Source: an uncultured Gemmatimonadaceae bacterium (GTDB taxonomy: Bacteria; Gemmatimonadota; Gemmatimonadetes; Gemmatimonadales; Gemmatimonadaceae). Taken from it: a stretch of 64,000 nucleotides of DNA. Of the stretch, positions 28,426 through 37,435 are shown piece after piece. Made by a program: the position numbers and the translations under genes. The notes below the pieces were generated by a model, which was given only the letters and a program-made list of their open reading frames with translations, made no database searches and was not told where the DNA came from. Location of the stretch: NCBI GenBank assembly GCA_963781585.1, contig CAWAGQ010000007.1, positions 64,001 through 128,000 of the forward strand. The letters run 5' to 3'. Numbering within the stretch: the first letter of the stretch is position 1; each line of letters opens with the position of its first letter.

Positions 28426-29604
28426 TCACCTTGCCGCTGGCTTTCGCGAACGCGACGTCGCTTCGACCAGCCGCCAGAATTGCCGTTCACCGATGACCGT
28501 TACCCTGTGTCCGCGGGCGGCGAGGCGTCGCACTTCGATCAGCTTCGATCCTCCGTGCCTGCCGGCAATCTGCTGCGCGTTGGGCCGTCCGCGCACCAGC
28601 ACGTCGGTCGATTGTCCTGGCTTCGCTTGCACGATGGCGCCCGCCTTGCGCGCCGCGACCACCGCGTCCTGTCGTGGGCGGGAGAGAAAGCCCGTGAACG
28701 AGACGCGCTTGCCGGTCAGACTCGGCACTCGACCGAGGCGCGGCTGCCTGGGGCGCTGCCGCAGCGCCGCAATCAGCTCGCTCGCGGCCTCGTACCGCTT
28801 GCCGCGCGATCCGAGGCAACGATGAATGACTTCCTTGAGGTGATCGCCGCACGGAAGCCCGCGCACGTCCTTGCTGCGCATCGGGCTCGTGATGTCGCCG
28901 CGCAGCAGCATCGCCGCGATCAGTCCGATCTGGTAGACATCGTCGCGTTTCTGCCAGCGGCGCACGCGGCCCCACGCGATCTCATTCGGGACGTGAAACA
29001 GGTTGAAGCTGTCGGCGGTGACGCCGCGGCGGCTGAGCTGGTGCGCCGCGATCCCGAAGTCTCCAAGCTTCAACTGCTCGCCCTTGCAGACGAAGACGTT
29101 GAACGGCGTGAGGTCGCGATGCAGCGCCTGTCCGCGGTGCAACACGTCGAGGGTCCTCAGGATCGCGGCGATCTCGCGGCGGACGAACCGCTCTGACTGC
29201 GCGCCACGTCGAGCCAGCCACGCACCAAGGTCGCCGTGTTCCGCGTATTCCATCGCCAGGCAGTATCGCATCTGGCCACCATCCGCTTCGGCGAACCGAT
29301 CGAACACGCGAAGGGCGCGTTCCTCGCGGGCGAGGAGCTCGGCGAAGTAGGCCTCGCGAAGCCACCCCGCGATGCGGTCACTGATCTTGACGCACACCTG
29401 CGCGGGAACGCCGGAGGCCGGTGTGGGCGTCGCGAGGTAGACCTCGCCGAAGCCGCCCTTTCCGATCAGGCGATCCAATCGGTACGTGCGGTCCGATTCG
29501 GAGCTGTAGGCCGTCGCGCCTGCCGCGCGTCCGGAGGGCCGCAGCTCGGGACGCGTCGTGTGTCGGGCAACCCGGGAGGCGCGTGCAGGGTGCGAGGTCG
29601 GCAT
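28426..29604 (-). CDS. Hanks-type Ser/Thr protein kinase with C-terminal BRCT domain
   Basis: IGKGGFGEV, VCVK, HRDLTPFN, GDFG; C-terminal GKRVSFTGFL..R..A..AGA....TDVLVRG..GSKL..IGERQFWRL. Confidence 0.88.
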   Translation of the reverse strand: MPTSHPARASRVARHTTRPELRPSGRAAGATAYSSESDRTYRLDRLIGKGGFGEVYLATPTPASGVPAQVCVKISDRIAGWLREAYFAELLAREERALRVFDRFAEADGGQMRYCLAMEYAEHGDLGAWLARRGAQSERFVRREIAAILRTLDVLHRGQALHRDLTPFNVFVCKGEQLKLGDFGIAAHQLSRRGVTADSFNLFHVPNEIAWGRVRRWQKRDDVYQIGLIAAMLLRGDITSPMRSKDVRGLPCGDHLKEVIHRCLGSRGKRYEAASELIAALRQRPRQPRLGRVPSLTGKRVSFTGFLSRPRQDAVVAARKAGAIVQAKPGQSTDVLVRGRPNAQQIAGRHGGSKLIEVRRLAARGHRVTVIGERQFWRLVEATSRSRKPAAR

Positions 29605-29650
29605 CTGAAATCAGATCTGCTTGATGACCGGGCGGCAGCGAGGCGCTGAC

Positions 29651-30235
29651 CTAGTAAACGAAGGGAATCAGGCGCTTTCGCGTGCCCATGAACTGTCGAT
29701 ACGGCTCGCCGAGCACCGCCAGCAGCGTCCGCTCCTCGACAGCGATCCGATACATGTAGACTGCAAATGACGCTCCGCCGAGCAACAGTGCCGACGCCCA
29801 GCTCCCCAGTCCGATCCCAACGCCGGCATTCATCAGGATGCCGGCCGTGTACGCGGGGTGCCGGAGTATCCTGTAGGCACCGCGCGTGACCACCTCCTGA
29901 CCCACGCTGGCCCGGACGTCGCCGGTGAACGACGAACCGAGCATCCGCCAGCAATGCCGGCGTAGCAGGCTCCCCGCCACCATCGTGGCGACGCCCGCAA
30001 AGAACACGGCAGCCCGATGCGTCGGTGCGAGCTGCAGGGCGGAAACCCGGGCCAGCGGAAACGAAACGAAGAAGGCGACCGCCTGACCGACCATAATAAC
30101 CTGAAGTGATCTGGAGTCCGACGAGCCCTGGGTGCGCTGTGCACGACGCACAATGACGAATTCGGGCCAGTAGGCCCAGAGGAAGACGGCCCAGAAGATC
30201 AGCGCGTAGGGCCAGACATATGGCAGGGGTTTCAC
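29651..30235 (-). CDS. Isoprenylcysteine carboxyl methyltransferase (ICMT/PEMT) family protein
   Basis: VTRGAYRILRHPAYTA, RIAVEERTL, KRLIPF. Confidence 0.9.
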   Translation of the reverse strand: MKPLPYVWPYALIFWAVFLWAYWPEFVIVRRAQRTQGSSDSRSLQVIMVGQAVAFFVSFPLARVSALQLAPTHRAAVFFAGVATMVAGSLLRRHCWRMLGSSFTGDVRASVGQEVVTRGAYRILRHPAYTAGILMNAGVGIGLGSWASALLLGGASFAVYMYRIAVEERTLLAVLGEPYRQFMGTRKRLIPFVY

Positions 30236-30305
30236 GGATTCCTCAGCGGTGCCTAACGCGACGGTTCGACTGCCGGTGCGACAACAGACACGGGACGCAG
30301 CTGCA

Positions 30306-31061
30306 TCAGCGTGCCATGCGCCCGGCGTACACCTGCGTCGTGTACTCGAGCGTTACGGTCCCATTCGCGTTATGCGTTCGGAAGAGCACCTCGGCAGCTT
30401 GGCGCAGTTTGGCTGCCGCTTCACCGGCGTTCGGCATGTATGAGGAAGACAACAGTCGGCCGATCAATCCGTCGAGGTCGAGCGCCTGGAGGTTGGGGAA
30501 TTGCTGCTGTGTGAAGCCGCGGGCGCCGAAGAGAGCCTTGACCCGGTCAGGCAGGCTTTCGTCCGCCACCACGGGATATCGGATCCCATGGGTCCTCAGG
30601 ACCTCCTCATAGGCCGTCAGGAACGGCGTCCCCCGGACGTTGCGATTGTTCCAGATGAGGACGACCCATCCACCGGGCTTGAGCAGATGTGAGAAGGCTT
30701 CTCTCGCCTTCGCCATATCGAACCAATGAAACGCCTGCGCAGCCGTCACGACGTCGATGCTGCCATCTGGAAGCGACGGCGCTTCGGCCGTGCCCTTGAT
30801 GCTCCTGAAGTTCGGAAAGCCGTGCAACAACGATTCGGCGGCGCACCGCATTGGATCGTTGGGCTCGACCGCATAGACGGTGTTCCCGTGGCGGAGCAGC
30901 ATCTCCGTGAGTATCCCGGTGCCGGAGCCGATGTCGGCGATGACCGACGAACGCGTGAGCCCGATGTGCTGTTCGAGGAACGGCAGGATCTCAACCGGAT
31001 AGCGCGGACGAAACCGCCGATAGTTGTCGACGCGATCGGAAAAACGCTCGGTAGAGTCCAT
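30306..31061 (-). CDS. Class I SAM-dependent methyltransferase
   Basis: RFSDRVDNY..RPRYP, ADIGSGTG, AVEPN, AQAFHWF. Confidence 0.92.
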   Translation of the reverse strand: MDSTERFSDRVDNYRRFRPRYPVEILPFLEQHIGLTRSSVIADIGSGTGILTEMLLRHGNTVYAVEPNDPMRCAAESLLHGFPNFRSIKGTAEAPSLPDGSIDVVTAAQAFHWFDMAKAREAFSHLLKPGGWVVLIWNNRNVRGTPFLTAYEEVLRTHGIRYPVVADESLPDRVKALFGARGFTQQQFPNLQALDLDGLIGRLLSSSYMPNAGEAAAKLRQAAEVLFRTHNANGTVTLEYTTQVYAGRMAR

Positions 31062-31308
31062 GTCGGCCCGGGCAACTCCGGCTTGGTCGGTCCAGCAGAC
31101 CGGGGTGGCGTCGCAAGCGCATCATACGGAACGCCACCGCGGGGCGCCATCCGCCGAGGCGTGCCCGGGCCGGCTCCAGCCACATGCCGGCGAGCGGCGT
31201 GGATTCGTTGCGCGCCTCTCTGTGCACCACTGCCTGCCTGCAAATCAACGCAGAGCGATCATCTCGGCTGGTCCGAGATCGTCCACACGGCCTGTGCTGG
31301 TCGCACCG

Positions 31309-31675
31309 CTACCGGGTCAGCGCGTATATCCGTACAGTCTCGACACCGTCGGCGTTCCGGCGCACGCCTACAACGTAGTCGCGCCCCACGTCCGTCACGC
31401 GGAATCCCGTGGCGACAGCAACCCGGGCGATCGGGCTTCCGTTCGCCGAAAGCACGACATATCGCGCTGGCGCAGCTCGATTCGCGTCCGGGACCTGCAC
31501 CCACAACTCCCCGCTCGTGCCAGGCACGAGTGCCTGAAACGCGGGGAGGTGCCTGGGAAGGTACGTCGCGCTGTACTTCGTCTCGACGAGGTCACGCGTT
31601 GCCTGGTCGCGCACCAGTTCGACTTCCCGCGCCCGCGCCTCAGCGACCACGTCTGCGGTCACAGGAGCGCCCTCT
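31309..31675 (-). pseudogene. C-terminal relic of a beta-propeller protein
   Basis: LPAFQAL..SGELWV..YVVLSANGSPIARV..FRVTDVGRDYVVGV..DGVETVRIY; no credible start, and the upstream part is replaced by the divergent gene's promoter. Confidence 0.6.
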
Positions 31676-31698
31676 TGATCCCGTGGCCGACACAGGGC

Positions 31699-31715
31699 AC
31701 TTTGCAGTGCAAAGT
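31699..31715. promoter_or_regulatory. ACTTTG-N5-CAAAGT palindromic box 1
   Basis: ACTTTGCA-G-TGCAAAGT, perfect 8-bp arms, 60 bp upstream of ATG 31775. Confidence 0.65.
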
Positions 31716-31774
31716 ATGGGTGCCAGGCGGCAGCGCCATGAGAAGAGCCAGGAGCACGGGACCGTGAGGCAGTG

Positions 31775-32095
31775 ATGAAAAAGTGGCTGAGACGCATCCG
31801 CGGTGCGATTGGAATGGGCATGACTTGGGCTATTGGCTGGGCGGTCGTCGGAGTGCTGATCGGGATCAGCTGGAACCTCGGTGTTCCGATGGGCTGGTTC
31901 GTTGCGGTCTTTGATGCCCCGTTGCCGGCGCTGGCAGTACCCGGCTTCTTTTGTGGCGCGGCCTTCTCAATGGTGCTCGGGATTGCAGGGCGCCGTCGCA
32001 GATTCGACGAGCTGTCGCTCCCGCGGTTCGCCGCGTGGGGGGCGGCGGGTGGTCTCTTACCCCTCCACACCTTGAATCGCCGCGCCGAAAGCTAG
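31775..32095 (+). CDS. Membrane protein, probably C-terminally truncated paralog of 40239-40832
   Basis: RGAIGMGMTWAIGW..GRRRFDELSLPRFAAWGAAGGLLP aligns by eye with RGLWAVLRNAATWGAAW..GRRLADINPVRFAIVGAVVGGVGVP; lacks the last TM. Confidence 0.65.
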   Translation: MKKWLRRIRGAIGMGMTWAIGWAVVGVLIGISWNLGVPMGWFVAVFDAPLPALAVPGFFCGAAFSMVLGIAGRRRRFDELSLPRFAAWGAAGGLLPLHTLNRRAES

Positions 32096-33576
32096 GGAGA
32101 CGCGAAGGTCGCGTTCAGCGCCTGCCGCGCCCGGCTCCCGGCCAGATTCCACTCGTACCAGGTTCGTTGCCGAAGCACGTTGTGCGCGACGTACCGCTCC
32201 CGCACGGCGCGACGGAGGTCGGCGCGCAGCGGTTCGGGGAGTGAAGGGAGCCGCTCCGCGATCGCCGGGATGGCGTCAGCCGACAGATCGTGCGTGAGAT
32301 AGGCGATGTCGAGCTTACCCGTGCTCGCGAAACGGTCCATGTTCCGGTTCGCGATCCAGGCCTCGTGGTTCCAGTAGATGAGCGCGATGAAGAGGATCGT
32401 GGCCGCCGCAGCCGAGCGGCGAAAGAGACGGTCTGCATCGAAGTTTCTGGCCACCTCGAGGGAGAGCATCGCCAGGCCCACGGCAACCGCGCACATGTAG
32501 ACCTGGGCATACAGCCTCGCCGTGGTGAATCCGTAGGCCGCCTCGTACAGCAGTACCCGGCGGCAAGCGGAAGCGAGGAGCAGCAGCACCGCCGCGATGA
32601 CCGCGAAGGTCAGTAGGCGCAGGGTGTGCTTGCGACCATCGTCATCTCCGTATCGCTCCGAGGCAACGATGAGCAGTGCGCTCGCCGAGGCGACGATGGA
32701 TAGCTCGCCGAATCCACGCCGGGCATACTCGGCGAAGGTCATTCCGGAGGCAGGGATCCGGGGGAGGTTGCCAAAGAGATAGCCCACCTGAACCGCCAGG
32801 AACAGCCAGAACAGCGCAGCGACGCCGGCGAGCAGCATGAAGCGCTCGGTCGATCCCACCCATCGCACGGGGGCCTTGCCCGCGATCGCGGGGGAGCTTG
32901 CAGACTCGGTTGAAGCGTATCCATAGGCGCCGAGCACGATCACGAGGAGTGCCACGAAGAACACCACGCGCGGCACGAAGTCCCAGTTTGCGACGAGGTC
33001 TGCGACCGCGTCCCGCCACTCCGCGAAGACAGGATCTGCGTTCGCGAGCAGCAGCGCGAAGCCGACGAGCACTGGCAGCGTGATGGCGAGGCCCCGGACC
33101 CATGCCCGGGCGCGGGTCGATCGAATGAGGTACGTGGCTTCGACCGTGCGGCGCATCGCCTGAACCGCTGCGATCCGGAGTGCCACGAGTGGCGCAAGCG
33201 CAGCGAAACGGGCGGTGATGGCTCGGGGTGAAAGGCCGGCCGTCAGCAACATCAGCATCGCGAGGAAGAAGACGATCGCCACGCAAATCAGCTCCCACAG
33301 GAGCGGACTGGCGGTCACCGCCGTCGCGCCGGCAATCACGATTGGCGCGGCGGTCATGGCCAGGACGGATCGCGGAGGATGGGCGCGCGATCGGGAAGAC
33401 AGGAGCAGGCCGGCCACGGCCGCGCCGGTCCACATGATCCAGTTGATCCCCGGGAGGGCATCGTAGAGCATCCAGGCTCCGATGCCCGCCACCGCTGCCG
33501 CCGCGGCCCAGAGCAGCGTTGGCTCGCCCGTCACCGCCCCCGATGGCGGGCTGGAATCCTCAGACCTTGCGCACAT
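32092..33576 (-). CDS. DUF4173/DUF4153-type polytopic membrane protein
   Basis: FALLLANADPVF, YLFG, AEYARRGFGEL, YEAAYGFTTARL, DIAYL..LSADAIP. Confidence 0.85.
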   Translation of the reverse strand: MCARSEDSSPPSGAVTGEPTLLWAAAAAVAGIGAWMLYDALPGINWIMWTGAAVAGLLLSSRSRAHPPRSVLAMTAAPIVIAGATAVTASPLLWELICVAIVFFLAMLMLLTAGLSPRAITARFAALAPLVALRIAAVQAMRRTVEATYLIRSTRARAWVRGLAITLPVLVGFALLLANADPVFAEWRDAVADLVANWDFVPRVVFFVALLVIVLGAYGYASTESASSPAIAGKAPVRWVGSTERFMLLAGVAALFWLFLAVQVGYLFGNLPRIPASGMTFAEYARRGFGELSIVASASALLIVASERYGDDDGRKHTLRLLTFAVIAAVLLLLASACRRVLLYEAAYGFTTARLYAQVYMCAVAVGLAMLSLEVARNFDADRLFRRSAAAATILFIALIYWNHEAWIANRNMDRFASTGKLDIAYLTHDLSADAIPAIAERLPSLPEPLRADLRRAVRERYVAHNVLRQRTWYEWNLAGSRARQALNATFASP

Positions 33577-33614
33577 ACGTGGAATGTTCGCAAAGGCTCT
33601 CCGTCTCGTCAAGT

Positions 33615-33631
33615 ACTTTATGTCACCAAGT
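33615..33631. promoter_or_regulatory. ACTTTG-N5-CAAAGT-like box 2 abutting the -35 of the DUF4173 gene
   Basis: ACTTTATGTCACCAAGT next to minus-strand TTGACG (33612-33607). Confidence 0.55.
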
Positions 33632-33754
33632 TAGACGAATTGCCGAGCCTCTGCCGGGAGTCGCGCCAGTGCCAGGTGCGGTATGGCAGTGCCCAGCGAT
33701 CGAGGTACTGGAGATCGTCTTCATCGAGCCGGATGCCATAGACACGCCGGTGTG

Positions 33755-33815
33755 CCGCGCCCCACGACGCTGCCCGCGAGTGCGAGCAGAAGTCCGCTGT
33801 AGATCGGATGGCGCG
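33755..33815 (-). pseudogene. Very short ICMT/PEMT-family relic
   Basis: RHPIYSGLLLALAGSVVGRG, the ICMT signature segment, isolated in an intergenic scar. Confidence 0.4.
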
Positions 33816-34103
33816 TCCCGTTCCCGAACCCAACGACTGCCCCGAACAGCACTCGACGTATCGGGATCACGCGAATCGCCTGCCGATCGGCAGATGGATT
33901 TGACACCGGCGCCAGCCGGCATCAGGATGCCGACGCCATCTACCAGGCGATGCCGGTCGCGATCCGGGACGCCGGATCGAAGGCCGTGCCGCTCCTCCGG
34001 AACTGTGAGCCGGCCAAGGGACGCGACCTCGGCCGTAGCTGACGTCAGCACCGCGTGCTATGATTATCTCCCCACCGGGCAACCCTCATCGCTCGCGGTC
34101 CGA

Positions 34104-35450
34104 ATGTCGCGTCCAGGTGTGATCGTTGTTTTCGCGTGCGGCGTTGTCGCCGCCGGATGCAGCGCTCTCGCGGCGATAGTGGGCGCTCCGAAGATCGTGT
34201 CGGTCACCATCTCCGCCCCCGCGGGACTCCTCGTCGGCGAATCGGCGATCGTCACCGCGATCGCAATGGGTGACGACGGCAGAGATCACCCCGGGCACCA
34301 GAGACATTGGAGTAGCAGCGACCCCGCGGCGCTCTCCATCGACGCGAACGGGAAGATCATTGCGCTCATCGCTGGGCGAACCGTGACCATCAGGTGCGAG
34401 GTCGACGGCACCAAAGGGACGGCGACGGTCGTGGTAGCGAGCGACGATAACCGGTTCGGGTACGCCCTCGCCGACCAGCCGGCGGCAGCTGCCCCATATG
34501 TGCCTGCCGCCGCAACGCGCTTCAACTCGGGCGGGGGGACGATCGAAGTCACGCGGACGTCCACAGGTCTGTACTCGGTGCGCTTTGCCGGGCTGGGTCG
34601 AACACCGGGGCAGCGCGACAACGTGCAGGTGTCGGCCTACGACAGCGTGCCGGCCTACTGCAAACCGGGCCTCTGGATTACGAGCGGGGTGGATCTCGTC
34701 GTTCCCGTGGCCTGCCTGGACGCCAGCGGCAATCCCGCAGACAGTCGCTTCACCGTCATGGCGTTAGGCGCGTGGGCGTTCGGGAAGACGGCGCCACTCG
34801 GCTTCGCCCTGTACCAGTCTGACACCGGGAGTTTCCGGCTCGATACCCTTGCCACGTCCCGCAATTCGTCGGGAGGCCACGTCGACGGCGGGCGTATTTC
34901 CGACGGGAATTTCGCGATACAGTTCCAGGGTCTCGAGTCCGCGTGGCTGGCTGCTCCCGCGGCAATCCAGATGACTGGTGTCGGGTTCAACCTGAGACGC
35001 TGTCGGGCCACCGCGTATGACAAGGCCACTGCCAGCCTGGGGGTGTTCTGCACTCGCCTTGGCGGCGGTTTGGGCGACGCGCCATGGAGCCTGTTGTGGC
35101 TGCAGCAGGGGCGGCCGTCGATGCGCTTCGGCTTCAGCTGGACCACGAACGAAGCGTCGACCGTGGACTACATCACGTTCCCGGACTTCCGCATTAATTC
35201 GTCCGGCGGAACCGTCAAGGCACGCAAGACGGCGCTGGGCCGGTATCACGTGGTCTTCGCGGGTCTTGGCCGACCGCCCGGCGCGGCCGAGACCGTCCTC
35301 GTCTCTCCCCTCTTCACGACGAGCGATCGCATCTGCGACATCCTGTCGTGGGGGAATACCGGGGCGAGCGACCTGTTCGTGGATGTCTCCTGTTATGACA
35401 TCACAGGCACTCCGATCGACAGCCGCTTCGGCGTCATGGTGATCGAGTAG
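34104..35450 (+). CDS. Lipoprotein with Ig-like (Big_2) domain and three ~112-aa beta repeats
   Basis: AAGC lipobox; WSSSDPAALSIDANG; repeats NSxGG..R..GxYxVxFxGL..C..C..DSRF. Confidence 0.8.
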   Translation: MSRPGVIVVFACGVVAAGCSALAAIVGAPKIVSVTISAPAGLLVGESAIVTAIAMGDDGRDHPGHQRHWSSSDPAALSIDANGKIIALIAGRTVTIRCEVDGTKGTATVVVASDDNRFGYALADQPAAAAPYVPAAATRFNSGGGTIEVTRTSTGLYSVRFAGLGRTPGQRDNVQVSAYDSVPAYCKPGLWITSGVDLVVPVACLDASGNPADSRFTVMALGAWAFGKTAPLGFALYQSDTGSFRLDTLATSRNSSGGHVDGGRISDGNFAIQFQGLESAWLAAPAAIQMTGVGFNLRRCRATAYDKATASLGVFCTRLGGGLGDAPWSLLWLQQGRPSMRFGFSWTTNEASTVDYITFPDFRINSSGGTVKARKTALGRYHVVFAGLGRPPGAAETVLVSPLFTTSDRICDILSWGNTGASDLFVDVSCYDITGTPIDSRFGVMVIE

Positions 35451-35639
35451 CGGAGCACACGCCCTGCCTGCCCACGACCAGCACCAGCTCGACTCCACTC
35501 GAGCACCCGCACGTCGGAGCGCTGGAGTCGCGCATGCGACCCGCGCTATCTGCGAGGAACGGCAGGAGAAGGCACGACAGCTGAGGTTCAGATGAGCCCT
35601 CGCTTGCTCGCAACGGAAACGGCCGCGGAGCGGGAGTGG

Positions 35640-36021
35640 ACCGCAGGTCGCGATGCTCGTGCGCGAGTACTCCCTGCATCGGCCGCTCGAGCTCCGTCAG
35701 ACGTATCCCACGCTCGGAGATGTGCGCATGGACACCGTGGTCGGCCGCGAGTCGTACTCCGTGCAAGCGATGGCAGCGGATGGGGTGGCCGAGACCTTGT
35801 ACTTCGAACGCGCCCGGGGGCTGCTCACAGCATGGGACGTGACGATGGACGGCACGGAATTGAGGACCGGCCTGGATGACTACCGCGCGGTCGACGGTGT
35901 GATGGTGCCGTTCAGGGTCTCGCGTGAGCGACCGGACTTTTCCTGGAGCGAACTGATCTTCGAAGCTCGTCAGAACGTGCCCGTCGATTCTGCGCGGTTC
36001 AGGAAACCGTCCGGGAATTGA
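35640..36021 (+). pseudogene. N-terminally truncated periplasmic beta-sheet (lipoprotein-sorting-like) protein
   Basis: ETLYFERARGLL..DDYRAVDGVMVPF..NVPVDSARF C-terminal pattern; no signal peptide or RBS. Confidence 0.55.
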
Positions 36022-36246
36022 TCCGTCAGATGCCACGACAGCGACATCCCTGCAGGTCGCATGCCCTTGGCGGAACTCCCGGGTTTCGCCTAGACCAGAG
36101 CGGCAGGCTCACGTGCCACTGCACCATTTGCATCCGTGCACAAATCATTCATCCGTGGCCGCGGAGATCAATTCCAGGTGGGGGTCCGACGGCCTGCCGT
36201 CGACAAACCTGCCGGCGATTTCAGTCGCCCAGAGTGGCTGATTGGG

Positions 36247-36699
36247 TCACAGCCCAAACTGGCGCAGATGGTGATCCGTATGAACGTAGGCGTATCGGAG
36301 CCAGTCGCGGCGATCCATCCGACCAAAGGCAGGGTGGGCCGGGGCAAGGAGCTGTCCAGGCGTCGCAAGTTGCCGCAGGAGATCGATCGCACGTTCGCGG
36401 TCACCACCAAAGGCGGCCGCGTCCACCAGCCTTGAAGCCGGCTCCGCTCCGGACTTGATGCCGCGTGGGGAGCGCGGCAGCACATACAACGCGATGAAGC
36501 GAACCAGGCCGCGCGGCCCGGACCGTGGCCTCGACGAGAACGGGCGCTGGCCAAGCGCTGCGGCGTTTGCATCGCCAATGTGCACGAGCATCTGGTGCAC
36601 GTTCATGGTGCCCCAGCGACGGCGATCGTCGGGCGCAGCTCGACCGATTCGCGTTACGAGCGAGTCCAGGACCGCCTTGTCCCCGACGTGTCGACGCAT
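36247..36699 (-). CDS. DinB-superfamily DUF1569-like protein
   Basis: WGTMNVHQMLVH, HPAFGRM, HTDHHLRQFG. Confidence 0.88.
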   Translation of the reverse strand: MRRHVGDKAVLDSLVTRIGRAAPDDRRRWGTMNVHQMLVHIGDANAAALGQRPFSSRPRSGPRGLVRFIALYVLPRSPRGIKSGAEPASRLVDAAAFGGDRERAIDLLRQLATPGQLLAPAHPAFGRMDRRDWLRYAYVHTDHHLRQFGL

Positions 36700-37105
36700 G
36701 TAAGGCCGAGTGGTTCTGGACGGAGCACGGACCCGCTGCCCGGCTCCCAAAGCGCGATGGACGAGAACCGCCACACGGTATCCAGGCCGGTTCACGCTGC
36801 GAGCGATCAAGAACAAGGTGGCAGCGGGCGGAGCAAGGCGCCACGGGGCGACAGGGCCTCAGCCCACGAAGCAGCGTGGGCCGGAAGCGCTCTACCCCGT
36901 AGAACGGTCTGCGGTCGCTGCGTGGGCAGAGCTGCCCTTCTGCGCGACGCGAACGACTGTCGTGGGAGCGGTTCGCGCGGATTGATCGGGCCGGACCGGT
37001 GGTGATCGCCTTGTTCACCCCGGCGGCTCCCGGCCGCCGCTGTTCCTTCCGTCTCGCACCGCCTATCATACTATCAGTGCAAGTTTGCAGCCGCCCGGGG
37101 GACCG

Positions 37106-37435
37106 ATGCCACAGCATGCGCTTGGAGAGTTCGAGCATCTCGTGCTCCTCACGCTCGTGTGTCTGGGAGGACGGGGTCACGCGGCTCCGGTGGTGGCGGA
37201 GCTCGAGAAGGCCACGGGTCGGGCCGCGTCGCCGGCGGCCGTGTTCATCGCCCTGCGCCGGCTCGAGCAGCGAGGATTGACGCGTTCGTCCAAGCGCGAC
37301 CCGAGGCCAGGTGAAGGGGGACGCGGCCGCCGCGTGTTCCGGTTGACTCCGGCCGGCGAGACGAGGCTGCGTGAGGCGCGCCGGACGCTGGAACGGCTCT
37401 GGTCCCGAGGGTACACCGCGCCGGAGGCGACGTGA
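37106..37435 (+). CDS. PadR family transcriptional regulator
   Basis: [36 protein letters not shown] overlap with ADOP. Confidence 0.9.
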   Translation: MPQHALGEFEHLVLLTLVCLGGRGHAAPVVAELEKATGRAASPAAVFIALRRLEQRGLTRSSKRDPRPGEGGRGRRVFRLTPAGETRLREARRTLERLWSRGYTAPEAT

